Origin: Octopus sinensis
Taxonomy: Eukaryota
DNA: 64,000 nucleotides
Reading direction: 5' to 3'
Assembly (NCBI RefSeq): GCF_006345805.1
Contig: NC_043017.1
Location: forward strand, 19,840,001 to 19,904,000
Shown: positions 50,878 to 62,852 of the stretch, one piece after another
Position numbering within the stretch: the stretch's first letter is position 1
Layout of the letters: every line of letters starts with the position of its first letter
The notes under the pieces: model-generated
What the model was told of the DNA's origin: nothing
Database searches by the model: none
What the model saw: the letters and a program-made list of their open reading frames with translations, nothing else
Program-made: the position numbers and the translations under genes

Positions 50878-51007
50878 ATGACAATAATTCCTCTTAATTC
50901 TAAAACCAAGCCACAAGAGACTTTCCACTCCTGCCCGCCACCCCTCCATCCATCTTTTGCACTGAGTCATAATTTTGTCGATTGCGTTACACTTGGAGAA
51001 TATTCCG
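50878..51007 (+). CDS. Candidate first coding exon MTIIPLNSKTKPQETFHSCPPPLHPSFALSHNFVDCVTLGEYS, phase-1 donor
   Basis: ATG at 50878, 43 open codons in non-repetitive sequence, donor ccg|gtaaat. Confidence 0.3.
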
Positions 51008-51521
51008 GTAAATCAGTGGCTGGGAATGGCATTGGTTTATAAGATCAGAAAATACCGTGGAGGAGTAACATTTGTCACCAAGGTGTGAGATGCTGGACAA
51101 GTAAAACACAGAGGAGGAATAATGGTAAGGAATTAGATGGGAAATTAGGAGTTACAGGCAGAAGCTGAAATATGTGTGTCTGTGTGTGAAGGTGTATGTG
51201 TGTCTGTGTGTGTGTGTGTGTTTGTGTGTGTGTTTGTGTGTGATTGTGAAGCTGTATGTGTGTGAAGGTGTATGTGTGAAGGTGTATGTGTGTGAAGGTG
51301 TGTGTACATATCTATACACACACATATATATATACATACTTATATATGTATATATATATATAATCATACATATGTGTGTGTATATACACGTGTGCGTATA
51401 TATATACACACATGCCTGTATATATGTAAAATTATACATTTGTGTGTGTGCATATGTGTGTGTATATATACATTGTGTGTGTGTGTGTATTTCATAGCTA
51501 TGTACACACACACACATTTAT

Positions 51522-51568
<47 letters not shown>

Positions 51569-52320
51569 GATATATAGGTAAACAGTAAAAATAATTACAG
51601 ACATGACAAGAACATGAAACACCACAGAGACGACACAAGAACCACAGGACGGGACATTCGAAGCCCTCAGTCATCAGTCAAGAACCAGATCATCTTAGCA
51701 ATTTCGGCTGATTAAAGATAGATAGATAGATATAGATATATAAATATCTATATCTATCTGTTGCTCTTTACCTACTTAGCTAAAACATCCGTTTTTATCT
51801 CTCTTCTCTCAGTCTGTCTACCTGTCTATCTTTTTACTGATGTCTCTGTCTGTCTGTCTGTCCATCCACCTATCTGTCTATAAAACCATCTGTCTAGCTA
51901 TCAGAAGTGGTTGCTAAGGGAAGCAAAGGTGTGAAAAATCCGAAACACACACACATACACACACACGGATGTAGCGATAATGGAGGAGAAGGTAAAGGTG
52001 GTGTTTGTTGTTGTTATTGTTGTTGTGGTGGTGGTGGAAGCAATGCAAGTGTGGCCAAATGAATCAGATTGAAGAATTCCAGAGGGCGGATAGAACATAA
52101 TAAACTTATTTAATGATTAATGTTTAGAAAGAGAAGAAGATCAAAGCAAAGTAACAAGTGATCAAGGAGCCGGTAATTAATCGATAAAGCTTTTAACGAA
52201 GCAGTTTAGGTAGTGTTGTTGTTGTTGTTGTTGTTTAGAACTCATGTTAGTCATGAGCAAGCAGATCAATGATCATTTATGCTCCAGCCGTGGCCATCCT
52301 GTCTGGTTCCTTGAAATATA

Positions 52321-52933
52321 GGTGCAGGATTTGCTGTGTGGTAAGAAGCTTGCTTCCCAACCACATGGTTTTGGGTTCAGTCTCACAGCACGGCACCTTG
52401 GGCAAGTGTCTTCTACTATAGCATTGAGCTGACCAAAGCCTTATGAGTGGATTTGGTAGATGGAAACTGAAAGAAGCTCATCATATATATATATATATGT
52501 ATGTATGTATGTATATATTATGTTGAACTTCCTACACATACACATACACACATATTGTGCTGGTGGCGTGTAAAAATCACACACTACACTGGTTGGTGTT
52601 AGGAAGGACATCAAGCTGTAGAAGCACTGCCTGATCAGATTAGAGCCTGGTGCAGCTGCTGGTTCTATTGGTCTCTTTTGCTGAACCGCTAAGTTATGGG
52701 AATGTAAACACATCAGCGATGTTGTGTGGACAAACTTACACACACACATACATATATATATATACATATATGATGGGCTTCTTTCAGTTTCCGTCTCCCA
52801 AATCCACTCACAAGGCTTTGGTCGGCCTGAAGCAGTAGTAGAAGACACTTGCCCATGGTACCATGCAGTGGGACTGAACCTGGAACCATGTGGTTGGTAA
52901 GCAAGCTACTTACCACACTGCCACTCCTGCGGC
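52321..52933. mobile_element. Tail-to-tail inverted pair of family-B-headed SINEs
   Basis: Head on + at 52321-52485 (with a family-E body piece); head on - at 52770-52933. Confidence 0.88.
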
Positions 52934-53051
52934 TGTATGTTAATGCAAGTGAAACATTTATTGGATTTTTAAGGTGTGATCTAAAATAAAGATATGATTT
53001 TCTTCATACATATTTCTGATTATTTTATATCTGTCTGTCTGCCTGCCTGTC

Positions 53052-53090
<39 letters not shown>

Positions 53091-53098
53091 TATATATA

Positions 53099-54684
53099 TC
53101 TCGGGGCTACTGGCCCCGATGGATTCCCGGCAATCCTCCTAAAAGCATGTAAGAGAGTCCTAGCAAGACCACTGCAGTTCTCTCTTTCAGAGCTTCCTTG
53201 CAGCTGGCAAACTTCCAAGAAAACTGAAGGAAGGTAAAATATGCCCCATTCATAAAGGAGGTAGCAGAGCGGAAGCCAAGAACTATAGACCTATCTCTCT
53301 GACCTCACACATCAGCAAGGTCATGGACGAATAGTCAGAAGGAAGCTGATCCCTTCCTTGAAGAAAATGACTTGCTGCCCGACACCCAACATGGTTTCCG
53401 ACCAGGGAGAAGCTGTTTAACTCAGCTCCATAAACACTATGACTGGGTGCTGAAACGGCTGCTCACCACTCAAATGTGGAAGTGATATATCTCGACTTTG
53501 CAAAGGCCTTTGATAAAGTCGATCATGGAATGATATGTCACAAACTGCGTGATCTCAACATAGTTGGAAAACTGGGAGAATGGCTTCATGACGCAAATAG
53601 TGAGCGGTGTTCCGCAGGGCACTGTTCTGGGACCACTACTGTTCATAATGGCCCTCTCAGACATGCCCTCAGCCACGCAGAGAGCCACGATCACAAGTTA
53701 TGCAGATGATACAAAAGTTTCACAGGCAATACAGAACCCTGAGGACACTAAACACCTGCAATGTGAGCTAGACAAAATATACAAGTGGGCCGAAAAGAAT
53801 AGCATGCAGTTCAATGCTGAAAAGTTTAAGCTCTATACTATCAGCATGCAAAACTAAATGCAATACCCAATGAATACCTGGACCCGGAGGAATAGCAATC
53901 CCAGAGGCACAATCAGTGCGTGACCTAGGTATTTACATGAGTGATGACACGACCTTTCGTGTACATGTTGCTAAATTGGCAATGAAATGTAGACCTACGC
54001 CGGATGGATCCTCAGAACCTTTAGAACAAGAGAACAAGAAACCATGATGGTCCTCTGGAGGACACTTGTCCTAAGCCACTTTGACTACTGCTCTCAGTTA
54101 TGGTCACCATCCAGTGCCAAGTTGATCACAGAGCTCGAGGCGATCCAACGTAGCTACACGAAGAAGATAGCCTCTATGCAGAATGTAGCTACTGGGAAAG
54201 ACTCAGGAAATTAAAATTATATTCCCTGGAGCGTAGGCGGGAAAGATATGCCATAATATACATCTGGAAGATCCTGGAGGGAAGTCCCTGAACTTGGATC
54301 GAGAGTTACGCAAATGCCAGAACTGGGCGCCACTGCGTGGTGCCTAGACTCCAAATTGCCATCAAGATGTAGGACAAGATTCTGTGATAGCCTGGGCTTC
54401 CGAGGCCCACAGCTCTTCATATCCTCCCGAAGAACCTGAGAGACCTGCATGGGGTGGATACAGATGTCTTTAAAATGAAGCTGGATCTCTTCCTGTCAGG
54501 TGTCCCAGATGACCAACTTCACGGCAGGAGGGGCAGATGAGGGCACTGCATCGAACTCTCTCTCATCCACCAATAGTAGTTGCTAGAAACCTTCATGAAG
54601 TGAAACCAGTAGCAACACCAAATGGCGGTGCCCCAGCATGGCCACAGCTCATAAGCTGAAACTGGAAAAATCAAAAATCAATCA
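53099..54684 (+). mobile_element. 5'-truncated, frameshifted CR1-type LINE (RT domain, C-terminus, 3' UTR, AAAATC-repeat tail)
   Basis: GPDG, NYRPISLTS, QHGFRPGRSC, YLDFAKAFDKVDH, SGVPQGTVLGPLLF, YADDTK, LYSLERRRERY; apparent internal deletion near 53592; starts in (TA)n. Confidence 0.95.
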
Positions 54685-54868
54685 TATTTGTACCTTGTCT
54701 AACATTGTGCCATGTGAGAATTACATTAAAAGTACATGTGTGACTGTGTAGTACTCAACCACTTTGATTTAATTTATAAAAAAATTACTTTATAACAAAA
54801 GATAATTATAATTTTTTTTGCCCTACTTCATAACAAAAAAAATTTCCAAAACATTTTCTGCAGAAATA

Positions 54869-54902
<34 letters not shown>

Positions 54903-55730
54903 TGTGTGTGTGTATGTGTGTGTATGTGTGTGTGTGTGTGCGTGTGTGTAGTGGGGTAGATTTGCTAACAATGGATTAAATACTTAGAAGTACTGAAGAA
55001 GTTACGCTGAATTCTTGATTTAATCTAAACAGAATTAATCCTTTCAGAATTATAAAATTTCATAAAAGTTATTTTGAAATATTTTAAAGAAACTTTGAAA
55101 CAAATGTGATAATTAAAAGAGATTAAATTTTTCCAGCATTAAATCTGGGATTTATTTATTTACAAAATTTTCGTATTTTTGTTGGGGATTCTTTGAAGAA
55201 AATTTTCAGCCTTTTTAAACTTAATTTGATTTGAAGAAATGATAAACAATAGATATGATGGAGAATGAAATGACAGTTCTTGTGGAGAATCTTGTTGATA
55301 CTTGAGTACTTAAATCCCTTCTGCTACAATAAATATACTGAGTTCCAAGTTGACAGTTCATGCCTGATGCATGAAATTCTTCTACCAGAAGAAACACTTA
55401 TTCCAGTTTGGCAGCCATATAAAAAAAGGGACACTAATTAAAGACGCTTCCTAATTAAGAAATGAGCTGAATTTTGTTGGATCAAGCACAAATATAATTA
55501 ATTCAATGCATGAGACTATATTATTTAAGCCAGTCATGTCCTGTCTAAATATTCTACTTGTGTTATATTCAGCCTTCTCCAGATCATGCCTATCATACTT
55601 ACCCTGCAATGTCATTCTCAAAATAAACAATTACGTCATCAAAATCATGAGGCTATGAGACATCACATGATTAATTCAAAACAATGTGAATAAATATACA
55701 TGTATGTATATACATATGTATTTGTAAATA

Positions 55731-55954
55731 TAATATGTGACAATTATTCAGTAGCCATGATAAAACTCTGAGTTTCGGATGTCAGGGTGGAAACCCATGC
55801 CACTGTCTCTTCAGTTATCCGGCCATTGAAAAATGCTATGAAAATGACCATTTTTTCGATGGCCGGATAACTGAAGAGATGGTGGCGTGGGTTTCTGCCC
55901 CAACATCTGAAACTCAGAGTTTTATCATGGCTACTGAATAATTGTCACATATTA
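55731..55954. ncRNA. Palindrome (~105 bp arms, ~13 nt loop) carrying a minimal type-I hammerhead motif on each strand; Penelope-like inverted terminus
   Basis: Plus strand: ggccggataa-CTGAAGA(55871)-stem II-GAAA(55909)-ctcagag-TT-ttatcatggc; mirror copy at ~55752-55825. Confidence 0.75.
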
Positions 55955-56966
55955 CTTTACAGATAAATTCTTCTATTTACATAATATCGAGGTCTCTTTC
56001 ATTCTTTTGTTGTCTAACCATTCTATATATATATATATATATATCATAATAATTATTTGAGGGAATATTAATCCTAACTTACAGGGAAAGTTATATATAT
56101 ATTTATATATATATATATACACTCATGTATATATATGTATATATGTGCATGGGGGCGTATGTATATTTATGTATGTATATATATCTATATTTTTTATGTA
56201 CACAGTATATATTTGTATAAATAAATGAGTGTGTGTGTGTGTCTGTGTGTGTATAGACACTCATATATGTACAGCTGCCCACAATATGTACATATATATA
56301 TATATACAAACACATTAACATATACAATATTTATATAGATATATATTTATATAACAAGCATATATACATAACAAATGTATTTATAAGGACACACACAATA
56401 TATTATACAGGAGCATCAACCTGCACATACACACACACACTTTGCACACTGTACAAGGAACATATAATGTTTACTCATACTTATACTACTACTAATAATA
56501 ATAATGAGAATAATAATAATAATAATAATAAAGATAATAGTAATAACAACGATGATGATGATGATGACAATGATAAAAGCAATGACATCGTATATTAATA
56601 ATTCACTTAAAAAAATTTGTTATTGATCGGAAGATCTATCGATCTGTATGAGAACAAGGAACAATTGGCTGTTTATCCAGGAAATGGGACTCAAACACAC
56701 ACAATTATGATGACTAATCTAAAAAAAAAAAAGTGAAATGAAATGACCCCCACCCCATCAAAGTTTTGGAAATTTATTTTCATATTTCACCCCAATCCAT
56801 CACCTTCTCTGTATCATTATTTTCCTTTCTTTCTATCACTCTCTCTCTCTCTCTCTATGTATATATACTTATATATATATATATATGAATTTGGCAATGT
56901 AAATGAGTTTGGTAAGTGCCAATGTAAGAAAGTCTCAACCCTTGAGTCACTCTGTAACTTCTACCA

Positions 56967-57010
<44 letters not shown>

Positions 57011-57111
57011 TAATAATGATAGCAATAATAATAATAATAATAATAATAACAATAATAACAATAATAATGATAGCAATAATAATAATAATAATAATAATAA
57101 TAGCAATAATA

Positions 57112-57143
<32 letters not shown>

Positions 57144-57158
57144 TAATAATAAAATAGC

Positions 57159-57208
<50 letters not shown>

Positions 57209-57211
57209 TAA

Positions 57212-57919
57212 TCTTTTCTATTATAGGTACAAGGCCTGGAATTTTGGGGGAGGGGGCAGATGATTACATTGACTCCAGTGTTTCCCTGGCACTTAATTTA
57301 TTGACTGTGAAAGGACGAAAGGCGAAGTCAACCCCAGCCGAATTTGAACTCAGAACGTAAAGACAGATGAAATACTGCAAAGCATTTCACCTGGCATGTG
57401 ACATCATCATCATCCTCATTGTATAATGTCCACCTTCCATGTTGGCATGGGTTGGACGGTTTGACAGGAGCTGGCCAAGCAGAAGACTGCATCAGGCCTC
57501 TGTATCTGTTTTAGCACAGTTTTTACAGCTGGATGCACTTCCTAGCACTAACAAACCCCTTTCCTTTAAAGGCACAAGGCCTGAAATATTAGGTTGGGGG
57601 TTAGTCAATTAAATAGAAACCAGTGCATAATTAAGACTCATTTTATTGACCCTGAAAAGATGAAAGGAAATGATAATCTCAGCAGAATTTGAACTCAGAA
57701 CATAAAGACACAAAATGCTGGTAAGCATTTCATCCAATGTGCTAACAATTCTGCCACTTTGATAAAAATAAAAAGAATAATAATCATTTCTACTAAAGGC
57801 ACAACACCTGAAATAAGCGGGGGGGGGGGGACCAGTCAATTATATTAACCCCAGTGTTTCACTGGTGTTTAATTTAACGACCTGGAAAGGATGAAAGTCA
57901 AAGTTGACCTCAGTGGAAC

Positions 57920-57920
<1 letters not shown>
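57212..57920 (-). mobile_element. Cluster of three family-A SINEs and one family-E tail between (AAT)n tracts
   Basis: caaggcctg..aaagga.gaaagg..gaatttgaactcagaac motifs repeated. Confidence 0.8.
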
Positions 57921-57965
<45 letters not shown>

Positions 57966-57997
57966 TTAATAATAATGATAATAATAGTGTGTGTGTG

Positions 57998-58170
57998 TGA
58001 AGGGCCTTCTGGGCAGATTCTGTTCACTAGATCCCATGGGGGAGGGTATGATATTGGTGAACCTAAGGATGAAGGAGAAGAAATTTGCTCCAGGTGTGGC
58101 ATGGTTGGATACAAGCCAGATGCAGGTGTTTGGGAAATAAACATCATAACCACAGTCCCTTGTCTGAACC
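57998..58170 (+). pseudogene. Possible retroelement gag/ORF1 relic with a decayed CCHC zinc knuckle
   Basis: CSRCGMVGYKPDAG (58086-58127) fits Cx2Cx4Hx4C if tac derives from cac and ggt from tgt. Confidence 0.4.
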
Positions 58171-58743
58171 AACACACACACACACAAAACATACATATAT
58201 AGGCATACACATAAATACACATACATACATATGTATGTACATAAATATATATATATATATACACACACAAATCATACATACATATATATATATGTGTGTG
58301 TGTGTGTATAAATGTAACTATATGAAGACATAAATCATGTTTATATCTATGCATACATACATAATACATATATATTTATACACACACACACACACACACA
58401 TAAATATGTACATATACACATACAAATATTTATATACACACATATATAGAAATACACAAACATCAACACTCACTCACACATACACATCGACAGGCATATA
58501 AATGAAATATATTCCTATATTATACAATATTATCATATTTTATTAATTTTCATTTCATGTTGGTTGTTATTCAGAGACATCAGTGAGTCAGCCAGTTATA
58601 AGGACGGCATAGACAAAAGACATATATATATATATATATATATATATGTGTATATATATATATTTAATGCATTCACACAAATTAATATTATATATATAAA
58701 CATATATATATATATATATATATATTTAATGCATTCACACAAA

Positions 58744-58784
<41 letters not shown>

Positions 58785-58824
58785 GCATTCACACAGATTA
58801 AATTATATATATAAACATATAAAC

Positions 58825-58863
<39 letters not shown>

Positions 58864-59138
58864 TATACACATATATATTTATATATGAATGAAATATTTT
58901 CACCCAGATGAAAAATAAGCTGTACCACCAAACCCATTCGAATTTAAAAAACCTTTTTATTTAGTTTATTTTATATATAGATGTATGTTTAAAAAATTCT
59001 GCTGTGAGCAATGACCCCTTAAAAAATCAGTGCTTGTTGTATTATTCCAGTTTAGTCTACAGGAGGTCTCTTGTATTCCCTTCCCTTCCATATCCCAGAA
59101 TTATGGAGGAAAATTCTTTATTCTGTTTACATGTGTGT

Positions 59139-59169
<31 letters not shown>

Positions 59170-59506
59170 CAGGCATAGCTGTGTTTGTTGAGAATCTCTT
59201 TTCGCAATCACGTTTCTAGTCTTGATCTCACTGCATGAAACCTTAGGCAAGTGTCTTCTACCAGACTTTGTTAGAGTCAATATGCTTGACTAAGCTCAGC
59301 TTGGCCACAGTCCAAAGGACTGAAACTAATAAAGGAATACACACACACACACATATGTTTATATGTACTTCTGTGTGTGTGTGTCTTAATTTTTTTTTTT
59401 ATTAATTCCATTTTATACTTTCCTATAATATACACGCTTTCCACTTCCCTCTTTCTCAACCTTGTCTACTTTAGTGATTGGTCCTTCCTCATGTGTTGTA
59501 TTGACT

Positions 59507-59520
59507 GTTGCCTAGACAAC
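59507..59520. promoter_or_regulatory. RFX X-box-like motif GTTGCCTAGACAAC with an inverted CCAAT ~30 bp upstream
   Basis: Motif match; gattgg near 59476. Confidence 0.4.
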
Positions 59521-59929
59521 ACATTAATTTGAGATGCATTGAAAAACCAGTCCAAAAAAAAATAATAAATAAAAGGGCAGACATACAAATCCACCTCTGC
59601 ACCTCAAATCTCACCCATTTACCTGGAAGGTCAAAAATGACTAAATATGACATTCATGATGGTTGAAAGTAAAAAAATCTACAATATATTAGAATAATGG
59701 GAAAAACTACATTTTTTTTCCTATATTTAATAGCTTTAATCTTTGTGTCTGTGTCTATATAAGTTAATATATATTATGTATTGATGTATATGAGTGTGTA
59801 TAAATTAAAATGCACACATGTAAGTTAATCAGAGGTGGAAGAGGATAGCCTATGACCTTATCTCTCTCTCTCTCTTTCTCTCACACACACATGCACACAT
59901 ACATGCATGTACGCACACATCTTTTATGT

Positions 59930-60042
59930 GCTTCAGTTATTAGATTGCAGCCATGCTGGGGTACCATCTTGAATTTTTAGTCAAATGATTTATTTTTTAA
60001 GCCCGGGGCTTACTCTATACACACGTGTGTGTGTGTATATAT

Positions 60043-60084
<42 letters not shown>

Positions 60085-60163
60085 ATATATATATACATAT
60101 ATTATACATATATATATACATATATTATACATATATATATATATATATACATATATATATACA

Positions 60164-60194
<31 letters not shown>

Positions 60195-60351
60195 ATATAT
60201 ACATATATATTACATATATATATATATATTATATATATATATACATATATACATATATATATATATACTATATATATATATACATATATATTATATATAT
60301 ATACATATATATATATATACAATATATATATATACAATATATATATATATA

Positions 60352-60408
<57 letters not shown>

Positions 60409-60440
60409 CATACACACTCATACACATGTATAAATACATC

Positions 60441-60485
<45 letters not shown>

Positions 60486-60575
60486 CATATGATGGGCTTC
60501 TTTCAGTTTCCATTTACCAAATCCAACCACAAGGCTTTGATTGACTCGAGGCTATAGTAGAAAACACTTGCTCAA
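59930..60575 (-). mobile_element. Family-B SINE split by a ~470 bp (TA)n expansion
   Basis: Tail motif gcagccatgctggggtacc near 59950; body gggcttctttcagtttcc..gctatagtagaa near 60495-60565. Confidence 0.75.
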
Positions 60576-61521
60576 GAGAGGGAGAAAAATGTCATGGTCA
60601 GTTAGTATCTGGAAGGAAACAGTTCAGGTAAGCTTTCAGGTGATTCCAGTCATGACAATTTATGAGGCTGGTGACATCTTCCTATTTGGCAAATGGGGAA
60701 TTCCACGCTTGTAACAGGAAATGCCTCAGTGATGGCAATGGGTAAACACTTCTTTTCTGAATTTTAAAGATCCTAAAAAACTCATTTGACCTGGGGACCT
60801 TTCTTAACTCCAGGAAAGAAGACTTAAGTCAATGCCCTCATCAGAGGTATTTTCTATTGGAATTCTCCATCTGCTGAGTAGGAACAAACCACCAGTTTCA
60901 ATAAGAAGAGAAACTTACTAGCTAAAACATACCACCTACTTATATTCTTTTGTGAACCCCTACAACTTTCCATTACAAAAAAGTTGACATACCCAACTAC
61001 TTCAGTTTTTAAATACTGGACTAGCTTTGAACCTTTGACCTTCAGATTGTCAAAGTAAAAGATTAAATCCAATAAAACCAAAAATAGCAAGAAATACTGG
61101 CATATCCTATACCAACCTACCAAAAAGAAAATTACACCTAAATATTTGCAACTACTTACAAAATTTATTCAATCTGATCCAGACTGAACAATAACAACAA
61201 CAAACAACTTTATCATTTTTGTTTAACAGCAGGTTAGTACTGACTGAGTCAACCTATGATCAAATCCATAGCCATCCCACATGATCCCATCCCATCTTTC
61301 TCTCTGGTGTTGCATATCCAAGATTACATCATCAAATCTATCTTTCCCTTTTAAAGGTAAGTGTGAGTCATTTGAGGGAGCTTTTGCTGCTATTTTTAGC
61401 AGGCTGAAGGATGACATAGATGTTCCTTTACAGGTTTAAACAGCAGTTTCATTGATTGTAAAATAATCAATAAAGGTTATTGATTCTTCATATAACCACC
61501 ATAAGTTACATTACATGTATT

Positions 61522-61553
<32 letters not shown>

Positions 61554-61566
61554 AAGGGGATGGAGA

Positions 61567-61597
<31 letters not shown>

Positions 61598-62084
61598 GGG
61601 ATGGAGAGAGAAAGAGAGAGAGAGAATGATAGTAAGTAACAGTTATAAACTCTTCAGAACGTGAAATTCTCTCAAAGACAGGCACTGAAACAAACCAGAG
61701 GTTTTGGTTCAGCAGGAATTTGCTGGATTCATAGGAATTCCATTCAACCATTATCTTCATTATTGAGATTTTATTCAAGACATGTAAGAAATGGTCTCGA
61801 AGACTATGTTTTATTTCTTTTTCTTTCCACCCCTCTTTTCGCTTTGGTGATTTTTACTTCATGCAGTGCCACAAACTATTCGGACTGGAATAATTCCTAA
61901 ATAAACTATTTTAGGTATTTAACATCAAATTTGTTGGAATGAACGCCAACACAAGAACCAAGACAAACATATCAATTACCATTCCTGGAAATAGAGAAAT
62001 AATGGATGTCACAACAAAATTCAGTCTTGAAAGATTCAACTACCATCTTAATTTCTACTCGCAGCGTTTATTTTTACTGTTATT

Positions 62085-62460
62085 TGAGCAGGTAGAATTG
62101 TTTTTAGCAGGTTGGACAAAATGCTCAACTTTCATCTGTCTCTATGTTCTAAGTTCAAATTCTGCTGTGGTCGAATTTGCCTTTCATCCTTTTGAGAAAC
62201 AAATACCAGTCAAATATGGGGGTTCAAGTAATTGACTAGCCCCTCCCTCCTTTAAAGTTTCAGACCTTGTGCCTGTAGTAGAAAGGATTATTATTAATAT
62301 ACTGAAAAACAAAGTTGACCTTCAAACTCCATCGAGGGTCAACTTCGCATTTCATCCTTTCAGGGTCGATAAATTACATACCATTTAAGTTCTGGGGTTG
62401 AGGTAATCGATTATCCTCTTCCCCGAATTTCAGGCCTTGTGCCTATAGTAGAAAGGATTA
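62085..62460 (+). mobile_element. Two family-A SINE copies
   Basis: gttcaaattc..ttcatccttt..ccttgtgcct.tagtagaaaggattatt occurs twice. Confidence 0.8.
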
Positions 62461-62467
62461 TTATTAT

Positions 62468-62852
62468 TAAGGAAGATGAGAGTAGAAAGGGAAGTGATGT
62501 CTGGTAGCAAGTTTATTGAAAGGTGGGTGAATGTCGCAAGAATGGCCAGTATGAACAGACCAATTCTGAGGATACACCTGTGAGAATTAAAAGGAAATCT
62601 AAAAGGAGAAAGGGGCTCTCTACCCCACTTTTGACCAGGCTCCCATGGTTTTTATGGGTTTTTCTACGAGTAACCTTTCGAAGTGCCTCCCCCTATTGGG
62701 AGTTTTAATTGTTACTTGTATTTCGTTGTCATCCTGCTTTTGTACATGGACATTTTTCAAACGGACAAAACCCTTTGTAACTTTCGTCCTGTGTTTTGTC
62801 CCTTTATGTTTTAAATGATTTTTGTTAGCCCTTGTGGCCAATAAACGAACGA
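62468..62852 (+). mobile_element. 3' end of an L1/Tx1-like LINE inserted in (ATT)n
   Basis: LRKMRVEREVMSGSKFIERWVNVARMASMNRPILRIHL* plus a 3' UTR ending ttagcccttgtggccaataaa; (ATT)n on both sides. Confidence 0.65.

Noticed and set aside
50242-50970. 242-aa Leu/Ser-rich hydrophobic ORF
   Set aside because: Mostly the reverse complement of a (GA)n tract.
53476-53857. Functional reverse transcriptase gene
   Set aside because: 5'-truncated, frameshifted and internally deleted; a dead LINE copy.
60575-61180. Complex sequence possibly from an old LINE (KIKSNKTKNSKKYWHIL)
   Set aside because: No diagnostic motif could be read with confidence; left unannotated.
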